Below, piece after piece: positions 38,187 to 51,441 of a stretch of DNA of 64,000 nucleotides (positions are counted from its first letter, which is position 1; every line of letters starts with the position of its first letter). The notes beneath the pieces are model-generated. The model ran no database searches. It was given only the letters and a program-made list of their open reading frames with translations, and was not told the DNA's origin. Both the position numbers and the translations under genes were made by a program. The stretch is from contig OZ024740.1 in NCBI GenBank assembly GCA_964016885.1, forward strand, positions 48,422,001 to 48,486,000. The letters run 5' to 3'. The DNA is from Eledone cirrhosa (lineage: Eukaryota).

Positions 38187-41100
38187 AAAATAAAGTAAAA
38201 TAAAAAGTCAAATGTTTAAAATTTAGCTTCGTTTATTACTGCTATATATATTTCGGTGACAGCCATCTTTGGCTGTGACCTCTTCAGGCAGTCCGAATTA
38301 GTGTGGTATAGACAAGTACATATGTTGTTGAGGTGTATAATTTTGTCAATACTCTGATATGCCCAGTTCCTGGTTGGGTTGTTATTTCACTGAGGAACTG
38401 GAATCATATGAATTCAAACAAACAAATTTCAGTGTCAAAGGGCCTCTTCTCCTCTTATTGGTCAGTTGTTAGAACATTCCTCATTCAAAAGTCTATAGAA
38501 ATTCGTTCTGAGGCAAGCCAATCTGTAGTTGTTGTTCTTGTTATTGTTAGGTACATCTGACCTAAATTCTTGTGTTGGTAGTGTTGTTATTGTTGTAGTT
38601 AGCTTAAAAAATTGATAAAGTGGTAGAAGGAACAAGGTGGTAAAAGAACAAAATAACAAAAAAATGTCAAATTTCCCATTGGTCAGAAGTCTATAGAAAT
38701 TCTTTCTGGGGTGAGGCTCCCTGTAGTGTTTGTGTTTGCTATTGTTAAGTACATTTGACCTCTACCATTATTTCAGTAGTGTTGTTGGTGTTGTGGTCAG
38801 CTTATGTCTTGCTGCTGCTGACAATTTAGAAGTATCTGTGTGTGTTTTTTCTTCATCCCTCCTGTCACCATCTCCCGTGGTGGTGGTGGGAGGGTTCTTC
38901 CATGTATATGAAGAAATATAAGGCAATAAATGAAGAAAACAGAAAATAAATAATAAATAGAGAATAAAGAATAAATGAAAAATTGGTGAAAAAGTAATGA
39001 AAATGAATATGGAGAAGTGAAAAATAAAATGAAGATTCAAATAAAGTAGGATAAAGTGTGTGTGTGCTATAACCAATCTCAAGGTCAGAAATATGTTGGA
39101 TATATTGGTATGAGGAACAAGATGTTAAAATAATAAAATAATCAAACAAAATGTGTTTGTGTTATAATCAGTCTCAACTTAAAAATAAATATAAGGTGAT
39201 ACAGTGAAGAGAACAGAAAACAAATAAATTAATAAAGAGAAATCAAGATTTAAAATTGAAAATTGAAAATCAGAAATCAAGTAAATTAAAATGTGTTTGT
39301 GTTATATAGATGTTGGCCAAATTATAATGGCTGTGTCCGATTCAATCTCTAGGCTATCATAGTGTCTGCTCAGCCTGGGTTGTTCCCTATGGCTTGAGGG
39401 GAGTTCTCAACCTGGCCGAGAGGTGTCTACATGTTCTGGAGAAGTCCCTATAGCTTGAGGGGAGTTCACATCTTCTTGTGTTGCTACTGTCCATATATCT
39501 TGAGGAAGGTCCCGGCTCTGAGGTGTCTGCATGTCCCGAAGAAGTCGGTTCTGAGGTTTATCAGGCCGCTTCCACCTCTTAGTATCTCGAGGGTCTCGTT
39601 TAGGCATAGTTTGCATATGCAAGATCCCCCTTTATCGGGTGGTACTTTCCTGATTATGTACCAGGCCAGAGAGTACGGGGTCCTGTCCAGCTTAAGCTTC
39701 CAGATCAGGTCGGAGAGAGCCGTGCTTTTCCTTTTGGCCTCCTTATTGAATGGCGATGGTTGTACCAGCGGTCTTTAAAGCTCGTTGATGTGGCTCCTAT
39801 GTAGAGGTGTTCGGAGTTGGGGGTTTTAACCCTACAACCGTATACTAGGTTCTTCTTAAGGCATTCATTACCAAGGGGGCATGATTCGGGGTTTCTGCAG
39901 TTGCAGAGGGTGGTCGACCTCTGCGTGCCTAGATTGGAGTTCCTGTTAGGTGTTACATGGTGGTCTTCCCCCAGGCACGGTGGGGGGTCCCCGGGTCTGT
40001 TTGGGTTTCTTAGGTGGGCTCTGGGTCCCCCTTCCCTCCTTTCACATGGTTCTGCTGAGTGCTTGTATTGCCATCTTCTGGTTGTGTGTGGTTTTTAAGC
40101 CTACTCCTGTTGATGCTAGCTATGTGTTGGGCCAGATTTCTCGTGGTGGAATACGAGAGCTTCACAGTGTGTCTGTTGAAGATCCTGTGGTATCTATGGT
40201 CCCTCGGGAAGCATTTATCAAGTGCTCCAAAGAATGATCGGGCCAAGCTATTCTTTAGGGCCGCTGAGTAGGGTGGGTTGTACCACGGGATTTTTCTGTG
40301 TCTCCTATATGTGTGGGTCGGGGGGCGTCGTGATTTGTTGGGTTGCTGGTGGTTCCCGCACTGTTGCTTCCCCTTTGGGCTCTATGCTTTTTGTTATCTT
40401 CACGGCCCGAATCTGTGGGGTGGTCCCCCGTTTCCCCACTCCCACGTGTCCTGCGGTTGGGGTCGTCGATCCTGGGGTGGTTAGCGTCACCCCTGATACT
40501 GCTATTCATATTGGGTTTCATCTCATGGTTAAGCGTACTAGTCACCAATGCCCGTGTGGTGGTGTCGGGCACATGGTGCCTATTTGTTTCTGCTCTGCCT
40601 GTATTATTAGGGTTCGCCCCTCCCCCCCCCCCCCGGGCAACGCAGGTGTGGGTGTCCGTTGGGCCATCCCCATCCCGGCGTTTCAGACTATATGTTATAT
40701 TTTGGCTATATGTTATATTTTGGCCTTATTTAGAGCTGCGTTGTAATATTCCGCATAGTTATCGAATATTTCCTTACTTGCTGACAGGCTGGAGATCCTG
40801 TCCGAGACACTCTTCATCACTACCTTGGTTATGGATCTAGGGTGGTTTGACTTGGCGTTAACATACACGAGTTTCTCGTTGGGCTTGTGGTAGGGGTAGT
40901 ATTGTTCTGTGTTCAGGTTTAGGGTGGTGTCTAGGAAGTTAACTACCTTCCTATTTGGGTCTAGTTCTATACTGAGCCCCTGGTTCTTAAAGAAATGGCG
41001 AATATGCCTCCTCATTCCCTCCAACATATTGGTGCTGTGGTCATATACTGTGAATAGAGCATCGTCACGATATAATCCGCCGCCCAGGCAGGGGATTTCA

Positions 41101-42460
41101 TCTTTTATCTGCTTCAGCAGGTAGAGCCCAACCAGGTACGTTACCTCTGCTGAGTCGCAGGAGCCCATCGTGATGTCAAAGTTATTTGGCCAATCACTCC
41201 TGGTCCAAAGGTCTCCATCGAAACGGATTAAGGTCTTTCTTGTGGCGTGGATGATGCTCAGCTCCTCTCGGGTTCGGTCCGTATTGGACATTGCTAAAAA
41301 TAGGGCCTTATTGAGTACTATGGGTGAGATTGAGGAGTAGTAGCTTGCGATGTCCAGTTGTATAAAGCTGGTCTTACTTTTTTCATGCAGTATCTTAAAC
41401 CATTCTATTACTTCTCCCGTGCATGACCATTGCTGTAATTTAGTTTTCTTCCGAAGCTTGGGCAAAATCCTATCTAGTATTCTTTTACTGACGATCCCTA
41501 GGTCAGATCTGGAGGGGGCTATTAGTCTGACAGGGAGGTCGGACTTAAAGTTTGGCTTGTGATCTTTAAGGGTAATCCGCGGCTCCCTTGTTTGGTATGG
41601 GGCCGTCCTGTCCTCTATGCCGAGTCTAGATATAATCCTGTAAGCTGTGGCATTGATCTCATCCAGGATAAATCCTGGTGTTTTCTTGTAGCACTTCCTC
41701 AGTTCCCTGAGAATTAGCTTATTGTACAATTCAGTGTTCATGTTGTAGAGGTTGTTGGTTTTCTCAGCATGGACAAGTATTCCAGTTGTCTCTTTAAGTA
41801 CTGTAATCCGGTTTCTCAGATGCCTGAGGTACTCTTGACTTCTGGTTGGGTTTCCAGAGAATTTGAGGTTGGATATGATGTTAATCATCTCGTTTTCAAA
41901 CTCCTCCATTAGTCTGTTGTGGGGAGGATTCCTCCTTGATCGAAAAAGGTACTCCATGTTTTGTGTGTTGGTAATTTTATGCGTTCTTCTTTCGAAGTGG
42001 AACGCCTTCCATCTCATCCTACGGACGAGGGAGTCCGTACTCTTGATGAGATCACTGGTGTATTCTCGTTTGTCAGGTAGGGGGATGACCTTCAGTGACG
42101 CTAAGGTTGCCAGTTTATTCATAGAGGCCCTTTGACACTGAAATTCGTTTGTTTGAATTCATATGATTCCAGTTCCTCAGTGAAATAACAACCCAACCAG
42201 GAACTGTGCATATCAGAGTATTGACAAAAATATACACCTCAACAACATATGTACTTGTCTATACCACACTGAAGAGGTCACAGCCAAAGATGGCTGTCAC
42301 CGAAATATATATAGTAGTAATAAACGAAGCTAAATTTTAAACCTTTGACTTTTTATTTTACTTTATTTTACATTACTCCAGAGTTACCAAACCAACCTGC
42401 GCACTTCGTCGAGTGCTCCAGCCTGCATACTGAGGTATTGGTATACAACCAACATATACT

Positions 42461-42463
<3 letters not shown>
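38187..42463 (-). mobile_element. Penelope-like element (RT + GIY-YIG) with a 3' pLTR and an inverted 5' pLTR
   Basis: RT 40713-42122 (ITMGS, YRDD); thumb 40010-40246; GIY-YIG about 39550-39900 (LVYGC...YIGAT); 38190-38447 is inverted at 42123-42370. Confidence 0.92.
38239..38291 (-). ncRNA. Hammerhead ribozyme, family H2, in the sense 3' pLTR
   Basis: Intact core and stems; the third copy at 42269-42316 has lost stem I. Confidence 0.88.
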
Positions 42464-42550
<87 letters not shown>

Positions 42551-42705
42551 TCAGGTTATCAATAATGTAGTGATAATATATCGTTACGTTAGAGATGAAC
42601 AGCGTACGTGCAGGTTTGCTCAACGAGTATAAATTATATTCCGGAGAAAATGTAGAAAGGATGAATATAAAATGAAAGTGCTTTTTTTAAAAAGGAATTT
42701 ATTAG

Positions 42706-42824
42706 GTATTGACATATGTTTCTGTAACAGACGGAATACCTATGTATCGCTGCTTGCGTAATCATATAATGTTAGCAAGTATTCGATAGCAAATGTATAA
42801 TCAGTTGTCACTTCTTCAGAGATT
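42706..42824 (-). ncRNA. Degenerate long-stem-II hammerhead motif
   Basis: CTGAAGA agtgaca...tgttaca GAAA catatg TC, then AATAAA; stem I poorly paired. Confidence 0.5.
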
Positions 42825-43623
42825 TTGGATAAATTGGATAAAATCAGAAAAATTGAAGTATTTATATTAGTAATAGAGGAAGAAACAGAGGGGATAGTAT
42901 ATGACAGATGGTAAATTAATTTACTGCTAAACAAGTATATAATGGGTTTCTAATGAGAATACCATGAGTAAATCTAAATAAGAATTTTGGGAGTGCCAAT
43001 TTTAATCTCTACTTGACCAACTGGACAGTGGACAGGGCTGGTCATTTGGTGCAGTAGTATTAATTATAAAGTGTCAATTGGGGAAGGGGGAGATTTCGAT
43101 TGCTACTAAATAACATCAATGCTAGTAGCCAGCTGGTATATGCATTAGGGAATTGAATATATATATATAACATAACAAACAACACAATATAATTATTTCA
43201 TTACTGAAGGTTTGCAAGAAACATCCAGTTCTTGAAACCGTGCAAGCAAGGAAAATCGGCAGTAAAATGATGATATATATATTACATTCAAAGAGATAAT
43301 CTCAAACATGTGTCTCATCTCCCAAAAATAAGCTCACAGAAAAATTCAAGGAATAAATCCGAGCATTTAATCATTACATAATAGAGAATGACATATATAC
43401 ATACATATATATCTAATTATATAAACGTACAATTGAACATATCAAACTTTAACAGTAGACAATCTGTATAGAATGTAAGAACACATGGTTCAGTACAGTA
43501 TCATTAAAATTTAACAAAAATGTTAAATATAGATACCAGATAAAAATTATAATACATATATATGTAAACTATGTTTTCTAATATTCTCTTTTAATTAATA
43601 TACACCTTAACTTCATTATATAT

Positions 43624-43830
43624 ACTAGCAGAAAAACCACCCGCGGGTGGTTTTCTGCTAGCATGTGTAGTGTGTATATTGATATTATACACAAGTATAT
43701 ATACATGTAGATATGATACATCAAATAAAATTGTAATTGACAATATAAACAGAAATTGAACGAAGACGTTGTTACACTGTTTTATGTAATCAGTAACGTA
43801 ATCCATGATACATTTAAAAAAGACGATATT
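43624..43830. mobile_element. Helitron-related terminal fragment with a near-perfect terminal palindrome
   Basis: ctagcagaaaaaccacccgcgggtggttttctgctag; downstream sequence similar to 52752-52925. Confidence 0.6.
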
Positions 43831-44394
43831 ATATATAAACTGCATTAGGAGAAAATTAGTATGTTTATTTAAGTGATCGCCACCGGAAGTGTTGACGTCA
43901 CACACTCTCTCTTTCTATATATATGGTAGTTGAAGTGGTGGTGGTGGCAACGATATACCGGAAGTACAACTTTAAAAAGAAGTCAATTTTAAATTATTTA
44001 TTTTTACGAAATTATTTTTGTTTATGAAATTTAATAGATAAATTATGTAATATTCATTCATTATTTATTCAAAGTGGATTGGCAGTATCGGTGGAGAGTC
44101 GGACACCATGCTTTGAAGGATAGAGTTAAGTCCCTTTATGATCTGAGTTCAAATCCCGCCGAGGTTAACTTTGCCTTTCATCCTTGTGCTTAAAATAGAA
44201 ATAATTATTTATTCAAAGTAATCCAACTTATTTTACGAACGGGATAAAACAAAATAAACCGTACGCAGTCTCGCAGACCTTCCTTTATTATAATTTAGCT
44301 TTTTATCATATTTTTTCTAGTATGAAGTCGAAATTTTTATCGACTGAAAAAATGTTTTTATGTTTTTCTATGATAAAATTCTATTAACGTTTTC

Positions 44395-45419
44395 GGCATA
44401 GGTAAAATATAACTGTTTCTACTTTAGGCACAAGGCCAGCAATTACCCAGTGCATTACTGGTACTTTATTTTATCGACCCCGTAAGGATGAAAGGCAAAG
44501 TCAACCTCGGCGGGATTTGAACTCAGATCGTAAAGGGACGTAACTATGCTGGAAAGCATGGCGTCCGACCCTCTACCGATACTGCCAATCCACCGCCCGG
44601 CATAGGTAAAATATAACGTCCGGGAAAGTGAAACTAATTTTTATGACAAGTGAATGTGTTTGTTTTTTAGTATTGCGTGTGTGATTATTTTTTCTTTTTC
44701 TTTTTTTGTGTATTGTGTGTACGGAAAATTATACTTACCTTATCAACATCCTTATTAGACCGTATAAATAGCTGAAACACAGTTGATCATCTCGCCAAAT
44801 TTGTTGGCACCAACTCTCTGCCGCCAAAGAAATTCAGCTAAATACGAGGGGAATAAATCGTCGCTTGTCCCATGTTGTCGACGGAGCTTTTTCTTCGCAC
44901 GGCTCCAAGTGTTCTCTATGAGTTGTGTGTGCACATTAGGGTCTTCAGAATCGACAAAGTTCCGTTGGTGCACAACAACATCATGGAGGTAAATGCCACC
45001 TTGAATTTCCTCAATATCAGAATAGGAAGCCCAACTATCGGACATGATGTGGCTTCCTGGCAAAATCCATTCCTGTATAATGGGGACAAGAGTCTCACGA
45101 GAGAACACTTGGAGCCGTGCGAAGAAAAAGCTCCGTCGACAACATGGGACAAGCGACGATTTATTCCCCTCGTATTTAGCTGAATTTCTTTGGCGGCAGA
45201 GAGTTGGTGCCAATAAATTTGGCGAGATGATCAACTGTATTTCAGCTATTTATACGGTCTAATAAGGATGTTGATAAGGTAAGTATAATTTTCCGTACAC
45301 ACAATACACAAAAAAAAGAAAAAGAAAAAATAATCACACACGCAATACTAAAAAACAAACACATTCACTTGTCATAAAAATTAGTTTCACTTTCCCGGAC
45401 GTTATATTTTACCTATGCC
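44395..45419. mobile_element. Non-autonomous Merlin palindrome with 9-bp TSD
   Basis: TSD AACGTTTTC at 44386-44394 and 45420-45428; arms 44599-44917 and 45100-45419 contain the transposase C-terminus. Confidence 0.92.
44414..44597 (-). mobile_element. SINE family B inserted in the Merlin TIR
   Basis: 20-bp duplication cggcataggtaaaatataac on both sides. Confidence 0.92.
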
Positions 45420-45494
45420 AACGTTTTCTACTGTTTTCTTATTTTCCATATATATATCAACTTGTATGTCACTTCTCAACAGTCTAAATATATG

Positions 45495-46416
45495 CAGTAG
45501 AACCTCGCAGTACGAGTGCTCCATTGTACAAGTAATTTGTTATATGAGCAGAGGCTCGTGGGGAATTTTTGTCTTGTGCGAGTGGAAATCCGCAGTACGA
45601 ACGAGTTTCGTACAAGTGACTGTTAGTCGGCACTCAGCTCGCACACGCTCTCCCAACAAGCGCAGCTTCCTCTTATCTCATTGTGATAACATCCTTGTGT
45701 TTTTTTTAATGTTTTGTGCGTATTTTGCTAATATTTTATAATAATTAGTAATTGTTTTTACTTTTTGGCACAAGGCCAGTAATTACTCAGTACATTACTG
45801 GTACTTTATTTTATCGACCCCGTAAGGATGAAAGGCAAAGTTAACCTCGGCGGGATTTGAACTCAGATCATAAAGGGACATAACTCTGCTAGAAAGCATG
45901 GCGTCTGACCCTCTACCGATACTGCCAATTCACCACTTTATAATAATTAGTAGTGTTAGCTATTGGTCCTAAGAAGGTCAATGCAAAAGACTGCAGAGAA
46001 GAAGAAAAAGCCAATTACGATAGAATTGAAGAAGGAAATTGATAAACATGAGAGAGGAGTACGTGTAGTGGACATAGCACGTCAATACAACCAAAGCACA
46101 TCGACGATCTGCACCACCCTGAAGAAAAAGGACGAGATAAAGGCTGTTACAACAGCAAAGAGTGTCTCCGGGCATTCCAATCAACGAACATCTGTCCTCG
46201 AAATTAATAAAACCAGTTTGCATATTTCTTTTGCATTCTCTTTTATTGTGTTTTATAATTGTCATTTTCCTTGTAACTGCACCTTTTCTGTTTTAATCCA
46301 CCCTCCTAAAAAAAGAGGGGGGGAGGCGGATTAAGTATATTTTAATTAATTTCAATGGGGAAAATTGATTTGATGAGCTCGGTCATGGAACGAATTAAAC
46401 TCGCATTATATATACA
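45495..46416 (+). mobile_element. Tigger/pogo-like deletion derivative containing a SINE B at about 45751-45936
   Basis: CAGTAGAACCTCG end; CENP-B-like HTH (ITIELKKEI...DIARQYNQSTSTICTTLK). Confidence 0.8.
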
Positions 46417-46577
46417 CCCATCAGTGGTCATGAGTGGAGACAGTTACCGTATATATAAAACGTATATATAATACGAGTTTAATTCGTTCCATGACCGAGC
46501 TCATCAAATCAATTTTCCCCATCTATATATATAGAGAGAGAAAAAGAGTGATATTTAATTGGTCATCAGTACACACA

Positions 46578-46634
<57 letters not shown>

Positions 46635-46769
46635 CGAGTAGGACCCCGACGGCTGAGTTCAAGCCGTTTCGACGGCTAATTGTGGACTAAATTTACCCAC
46701 TCTACTACCCTAAGTATTGAGTACTTTGGTGCGTTATGGTCCATCTGGTTCCTTACCACATTTCCTTCG

Positions 46770-47200
<431 letters not shown>

Positions 47201-47317
47201 TCTACCTGGAGTTGCGACCGATAGATAGTATTAGCAATTGGAAAGACCAATGGAAACATTGTTTCCTCGGTCCGATTTGACGAAAGTCGGTCGACTGTCG
47301 ATATATATATATATATA

Positions 47318-47478
47318 ACTGTTTCTACTTTAGGCACAAGGCCAGCAATTACCCAGTGCATTACTGGTACTTTATTTTATCGAGACCCCGTAAGGATGAT
47401 AGGCAAAGTCAACATCGGCGGGATTTGAACTCAGATCGTAAAGGGACGTAACTATGCTGGAAAGCATGGCGCCCGACC
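47318..47478 (-). mobile_element. SINE family B
   Basis: Shared family-B core. Confidence 0.85.
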
Positions 47479-47712
47479 TATATATATATAACGAAGGTCC
47501 AGATGGACCATAGGTAGTAGAGTAGGTAATAGGAACGAGTAGGACCCCGACGACTGAGCTCAATCGGGGGTTTGAGCTCAGCCGTCGGGGTCCTACTCGT
47601 TCCTATATATATATATATATTAATGAACATGAACAAAGGAACTATTATGACATTATAACAAGTTTATTGCCGACAGCCGTTTCGTCCGATCATATGGTGA
47701 GACTTTTCAAGA

Positions 47713-47759
47713 TGCCTTGAAAAGTTCCACCATATGGTCGGACGAAACGGCTGTCGGCA
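47713..47759 (+). ncRNA. Hammerhead ribozyme, U3-A8 core variant; mirror copy at 47668-47711
   Basis: tgcc TTGAAAA gttccaccatatggtcggac GAAA cggctg TC ggca, then AATAAA; GUC cleavage triplet. Confidence 0.8.
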
Positions 47760-47912
47760 ATAAACTTGTTATAATGTCATAACAGTTCCTTTGTTCATTT
47801 TCATTAATATTTCTGCTCTGCTTATACGCATAGAGCTTAACTAGCTACCGTCGCATATTTGGTAGGCCAGGCGTGATCATCGCGATTCACGTACGACCTA
47901 CCATACATCTTG

Positions 47913-47965
<53 letters not shown>

Positions 47966-47967
<2 letters not shown>

Positions 47968-50702
47968 CTTTATTTACCATAAAGGCATAAAAAGAAGGGA
48001 CAAATACAAAGGGGGAGTTTACATAAAACCGAGTAAAAAGGGTATAAAATGAAAATAATCGAAAACAACCTCAAAAGGGAGGGGCCGTGATGGGGGTTGC
48101 ACCCCCCCCCCCGAAAAAGTGTGCAATCCTTTGCCCGGGGAGCACATGGAGAAGGTGCTCCCCTCTCCTTCACTTCTTTACCTACAGGATGGTATACAGA
48201 GAAGGCCCATTTACACGAGCCATTCTCGCCACTATCACCCACCTTTCATAAAACTGACTGTGGCCAAGCACCTCTCTCTCCATTCTTATCCTTCTTCCGA
48301 AATGATATCGGAAGAAGTAGACCAGACTATGGCCAGAGAGGAAGTTGCCTGACCTCAGACCTTTCAATCGTGTCCACCAAACAACCTCTTTCAACATGGC
48401 TATTACGCACAGAAAAACCGCCTTTGCTTCCTTTGTGAAGAGGGGAGCCGGCTTGATTGTCATCACGGACTTGCTTGCTTCCAAGTTGAGCCCAGGCCAC
48501 GTGCATTCAAACATCCTACTCTTAACACATCCATGTGGGCGGCAAAGCCAAAGGAGAGTGTAGAGACCTACCTTTCTGCTTCTCGGGGTTCGGGTCGCAC
48601 GACTTCCATGGGGTCGGGGGTCTTGGGTGAAGGGGTGTCTTGTGGTGGTGTGGGGTCGTCAGTGTGTGGTGGGGTTGGGGTGTTTGGAGTTGTGTTGGGG
48701 AGGGGAAGGGGAGGGGGAAAGCTTTTTAGTAGGACGCGGTTTATGGGTTTGACAGAGGGTGGTCCTACGTCCTCCTTAAAATCCTTTTTTAGTTTTTGGT
48801 AGAGGTTCATTGGGATCTTTATTAATTTTAAATGTGGATAGTTTTCTGAAGAAACAAAGTTTACACCTTCGGTTTGTACCGAAGGGTTATTGTTTATGAG
48901 TTCATTTAATTTATTATTGTTTCTGTTGATGTAAGTATAGTGTAATGTCTTTTTTTCGGATGGTGTGGGTGTTTCGAAGAGGGGAGGGGCAGGTTTGGTT
49001 TTGTTTGTTGCTGGAGGGGTGTTTTGTGTTTTGTTGGATTGTGTTGACATTTGGGTAGGGGTTGTTTGGCCTTGTGTGTTTTGCACATGTTTTCTTTTTT
49101 TCCTTTTAATCTGTCTGAAGGACTCCGTTTCTTCCTCCGAATTCGTTGGGTTATCTTCAGTGTTGGAGGGAAGAGGTATGTTTGCTGGTAATGTTTCCGT
49201 GTTGGTTTTCTTTGTGGGGGAGATGGATGTCACTATGTTAGACTGTGTTGTGTGTTGTGGCTGCGGTGGTTGTGTTGTTTTATTGAGTGAGGGGTTGGGT
49301 GGGACTGTATTTTGTTTTTGGGTAATGTGTTGTGTCTGTTTGTGCTGTGGTGGTGGTGTAGTTTTACTGAGGGACGGGTTGGGTGGGACTGAGTTTTGTT
49401 GTTTGTCTATCTGTTGTGGTGGTGGTGGAGCTGGTGTTGGTAGCAGGGTTTTCTTCTTGTTGAGTTGGGGACAAGCCGCCTTCAGGTGCCCTCTGCCTGC
49501 ACAGATATGACAGGACGGCCTTCTCCCTTCCACGCTAATGTTTATATACCCGTGGCCCTCTAATAGGATTCTGTCGGGTATTTGGGCAATGCGTTCAGGC
49601 TTCATTTGCACTACAAGTTCTATACCTGTTCCACTGAACGCATTGCCTGTGGTTTTCCCAATGGAAATCACGTTGTCATTCGCTGGATCGATGAAGCCAG
49701 CTATGAGCCAGCAGTAGTCCACATCTGGGATCATCGCATCTAGCCATATGCGCTGAGTTCTTTTACCCATATAAGATGGATAAAAGGTAAAATTTGTCGA
49801 ACGAATCGGCGACAAAGCATATTTTTTTGCCGCCGATTCGTTCTTCATAATAATCGCTAGGCTTCCATACAGTCTGTCTCTTCTTATGAAAGTAGTTTCA
49901 TTAAGTACTTCTGTAAGTACTGCTTTAATTTCTGTTTGTGTTGGTTGTTGAGATTTTTTAGAGATGTTGTTGATGGTGCGTAAAACGACCGTCCGACTTT
50001 CAATGTCTTTGGTGAGTTCTTGAGGCATTTTTACCGATAAAGTACCATTTTCCCCTTGAGTTATGTATTGTTTGGCGTTTTTAATTCTTTGTGCCACATC
50101 TGAAATATTTTCAGGTATATATGTCAAAGATTTCTTTGTTGTTTGTGCAAATGAAATATTATTGGTGTTGACTTTGTCGTCTGCTTTGCTTTCTGTTATG
50201 ATGTTGTTTTCAAATGTTATTTTTGTGTTTGTTGTGTCTTTGTTTGTGGTATTAATATTGTCATGCAATTTTTCAAATTTTTTTTTGTTGTTGGAATCAA
50301 TGTCCAGATTTGTGTTTTCGTCATTTTTCTCCGCACATTCGTCTGTTTTTATTTTATTTTTTTCTTTCCTTCTCTATGACGTTAGTTGGGAAGGAAGGGG
50401 GGGACTAAAGCGTGCGAGCTTATAATTCTTACCGCTGTCCCCCCACCACTATTTCCGTTAGCTTCGTTTAACATTTCTGTCAGACGATTGAAATTTTATG
50501 CCACAACATTTTAAAAAACAGGTTTTTCACCCCTGGGAGGGGCGAAGATGAGCTGACCCACCGCCTGACAGTTCAGACGGGGGGTCAAGCTACACAATAG
50601 TATCAAAATTAAAATTGAACTTACAAAATTTCCGCAATAAATTTGAACAAAACTTCTGCGCGAAGTGAATTACATCTACGCTGTAGAACAGACGACAGCT
50701 AG

Positions 50703-50705
<3 letters not shown>
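47966..50705 (-). mobile_element. Tx1-clade LINE deletion derivative (ORF1 kept, most of ORF2 deleted)
   Basis: Colinear with 57309-63477; deletion junction at about 48470; flanked by (TA)n. Confidence 0.93.
48568..50268 (-). CDS. Tx1 ORF1 (gag-like, CCHC knuckle)
   Basis: 566 aa open frame with CHICAGRGHLKAAC; the upstream ATG is out of frame because of homopolymer indels. Confidence 0.8.
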   Translation of the reverse strand: MHDNINTTNKDTTNTKITFENNIITESKADDKVNTNNISFAQTTKKSLTYIPENISDVAQRIKNAKQYITQGENGTLSVKMPQELTKDIESRTVVLRTINNISKKSQQPTQTEIKAVLTEVLNETTFIRRDRLYGSLAIIMKNESAAKKYALSPIRSTNFTFYPSYMGKRTQRIWLDAMIPDVDYCWLIAGFIDPANDNVISIGKTTGNAFSGTGIELVVQMKPERIAQIPDRILLEGHGYINISVEGRRPSCHICAGRGHLKAACPQLNKKKTLLPTPAPPPPQQIDKQQNSVPPNPSLSKTTPPPQHKQTQHITQKQNTVPPNPSLNKTTQPPQPQHTTQSNIVTSISPTKKTNTETLPANIPLPSNTEDNPTNSEEETESFRQIKRKKRKHVQNTQGQTTPTQMSTQSNKTQNTPPATNKTKPAPPLFETPTPSEKKTLHYTYINRNNNKLNELINNNPSVQTEGVNFVSSENYPHLKLIKIPMNLYQKLKKDFKEDVGPPSVKPINRVLLKSFPPPLPLPNTTPNTPTPPHTDDPTPPQDTPSPKTPDPMEVVRPEPREAER

Positions 50706-50751
<46 letters not shown>

Positions 50752-50829
50752 TATATTATATTTAGAGATTAAACTCATAGTCGTTTACAATTAATCAGCT
50801 CAAAGAAAGAGGCATTTCTGAGCAGTGAA

Positions 50830-51201
50830 ATACAAGTTATATATTAATATATATGATAAACACAAACGTGTTTGTATTGTAAGAGACAAAGTTAGCTAGC
50901 ATGAAATAAACTAATTAAAGTGAATACAATTTATCTGTCTCGATATAAGTCAATAAAGACAAGCTTATATTGGCAAAAGCCGTGATTCCTGGACAAATTT
51001 AAATTTCAAAATCCAAACCCGCTCCGTAGACGAATATGAACTTCGAAACCCAAATATGTTTCGCAACGATGGTACAGAATTATTGACTTATATCGAGACA
51101 GACAAATTGTATTCACTTTAATTAGTTTATTTCATGCTAGCTAACTTTGTCTCTTACAATACAAACACGTTTGTGTTTATCATATATATTAATATATAAC
51201 T

Positions 51202-51205
<4 letters not shown>
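50830..51205. repeat. Fold-back element in (TA)n
   Basis: 50830-50956 is the reverse complement of 51080-51205. Confidence 0.85.
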
Positions 51206-51255
<50 letters not shown>

Positions 51256-51350
51256 AAGTGTACTATCTCTCTCTCTATATATATATAGAGAGAGAGAGAA
51301 AGTCAAATTTAACAGGTCAGCGGTCTGTCTCCACTCATGACCACTGATGG

Positions 51351-51384
<34 letters not shown>

Positions 51385-51405
51385 GTGTGCGTGTGTGTAT
51401 ATACA

Positions 51406-51441
<36 letters not shown>

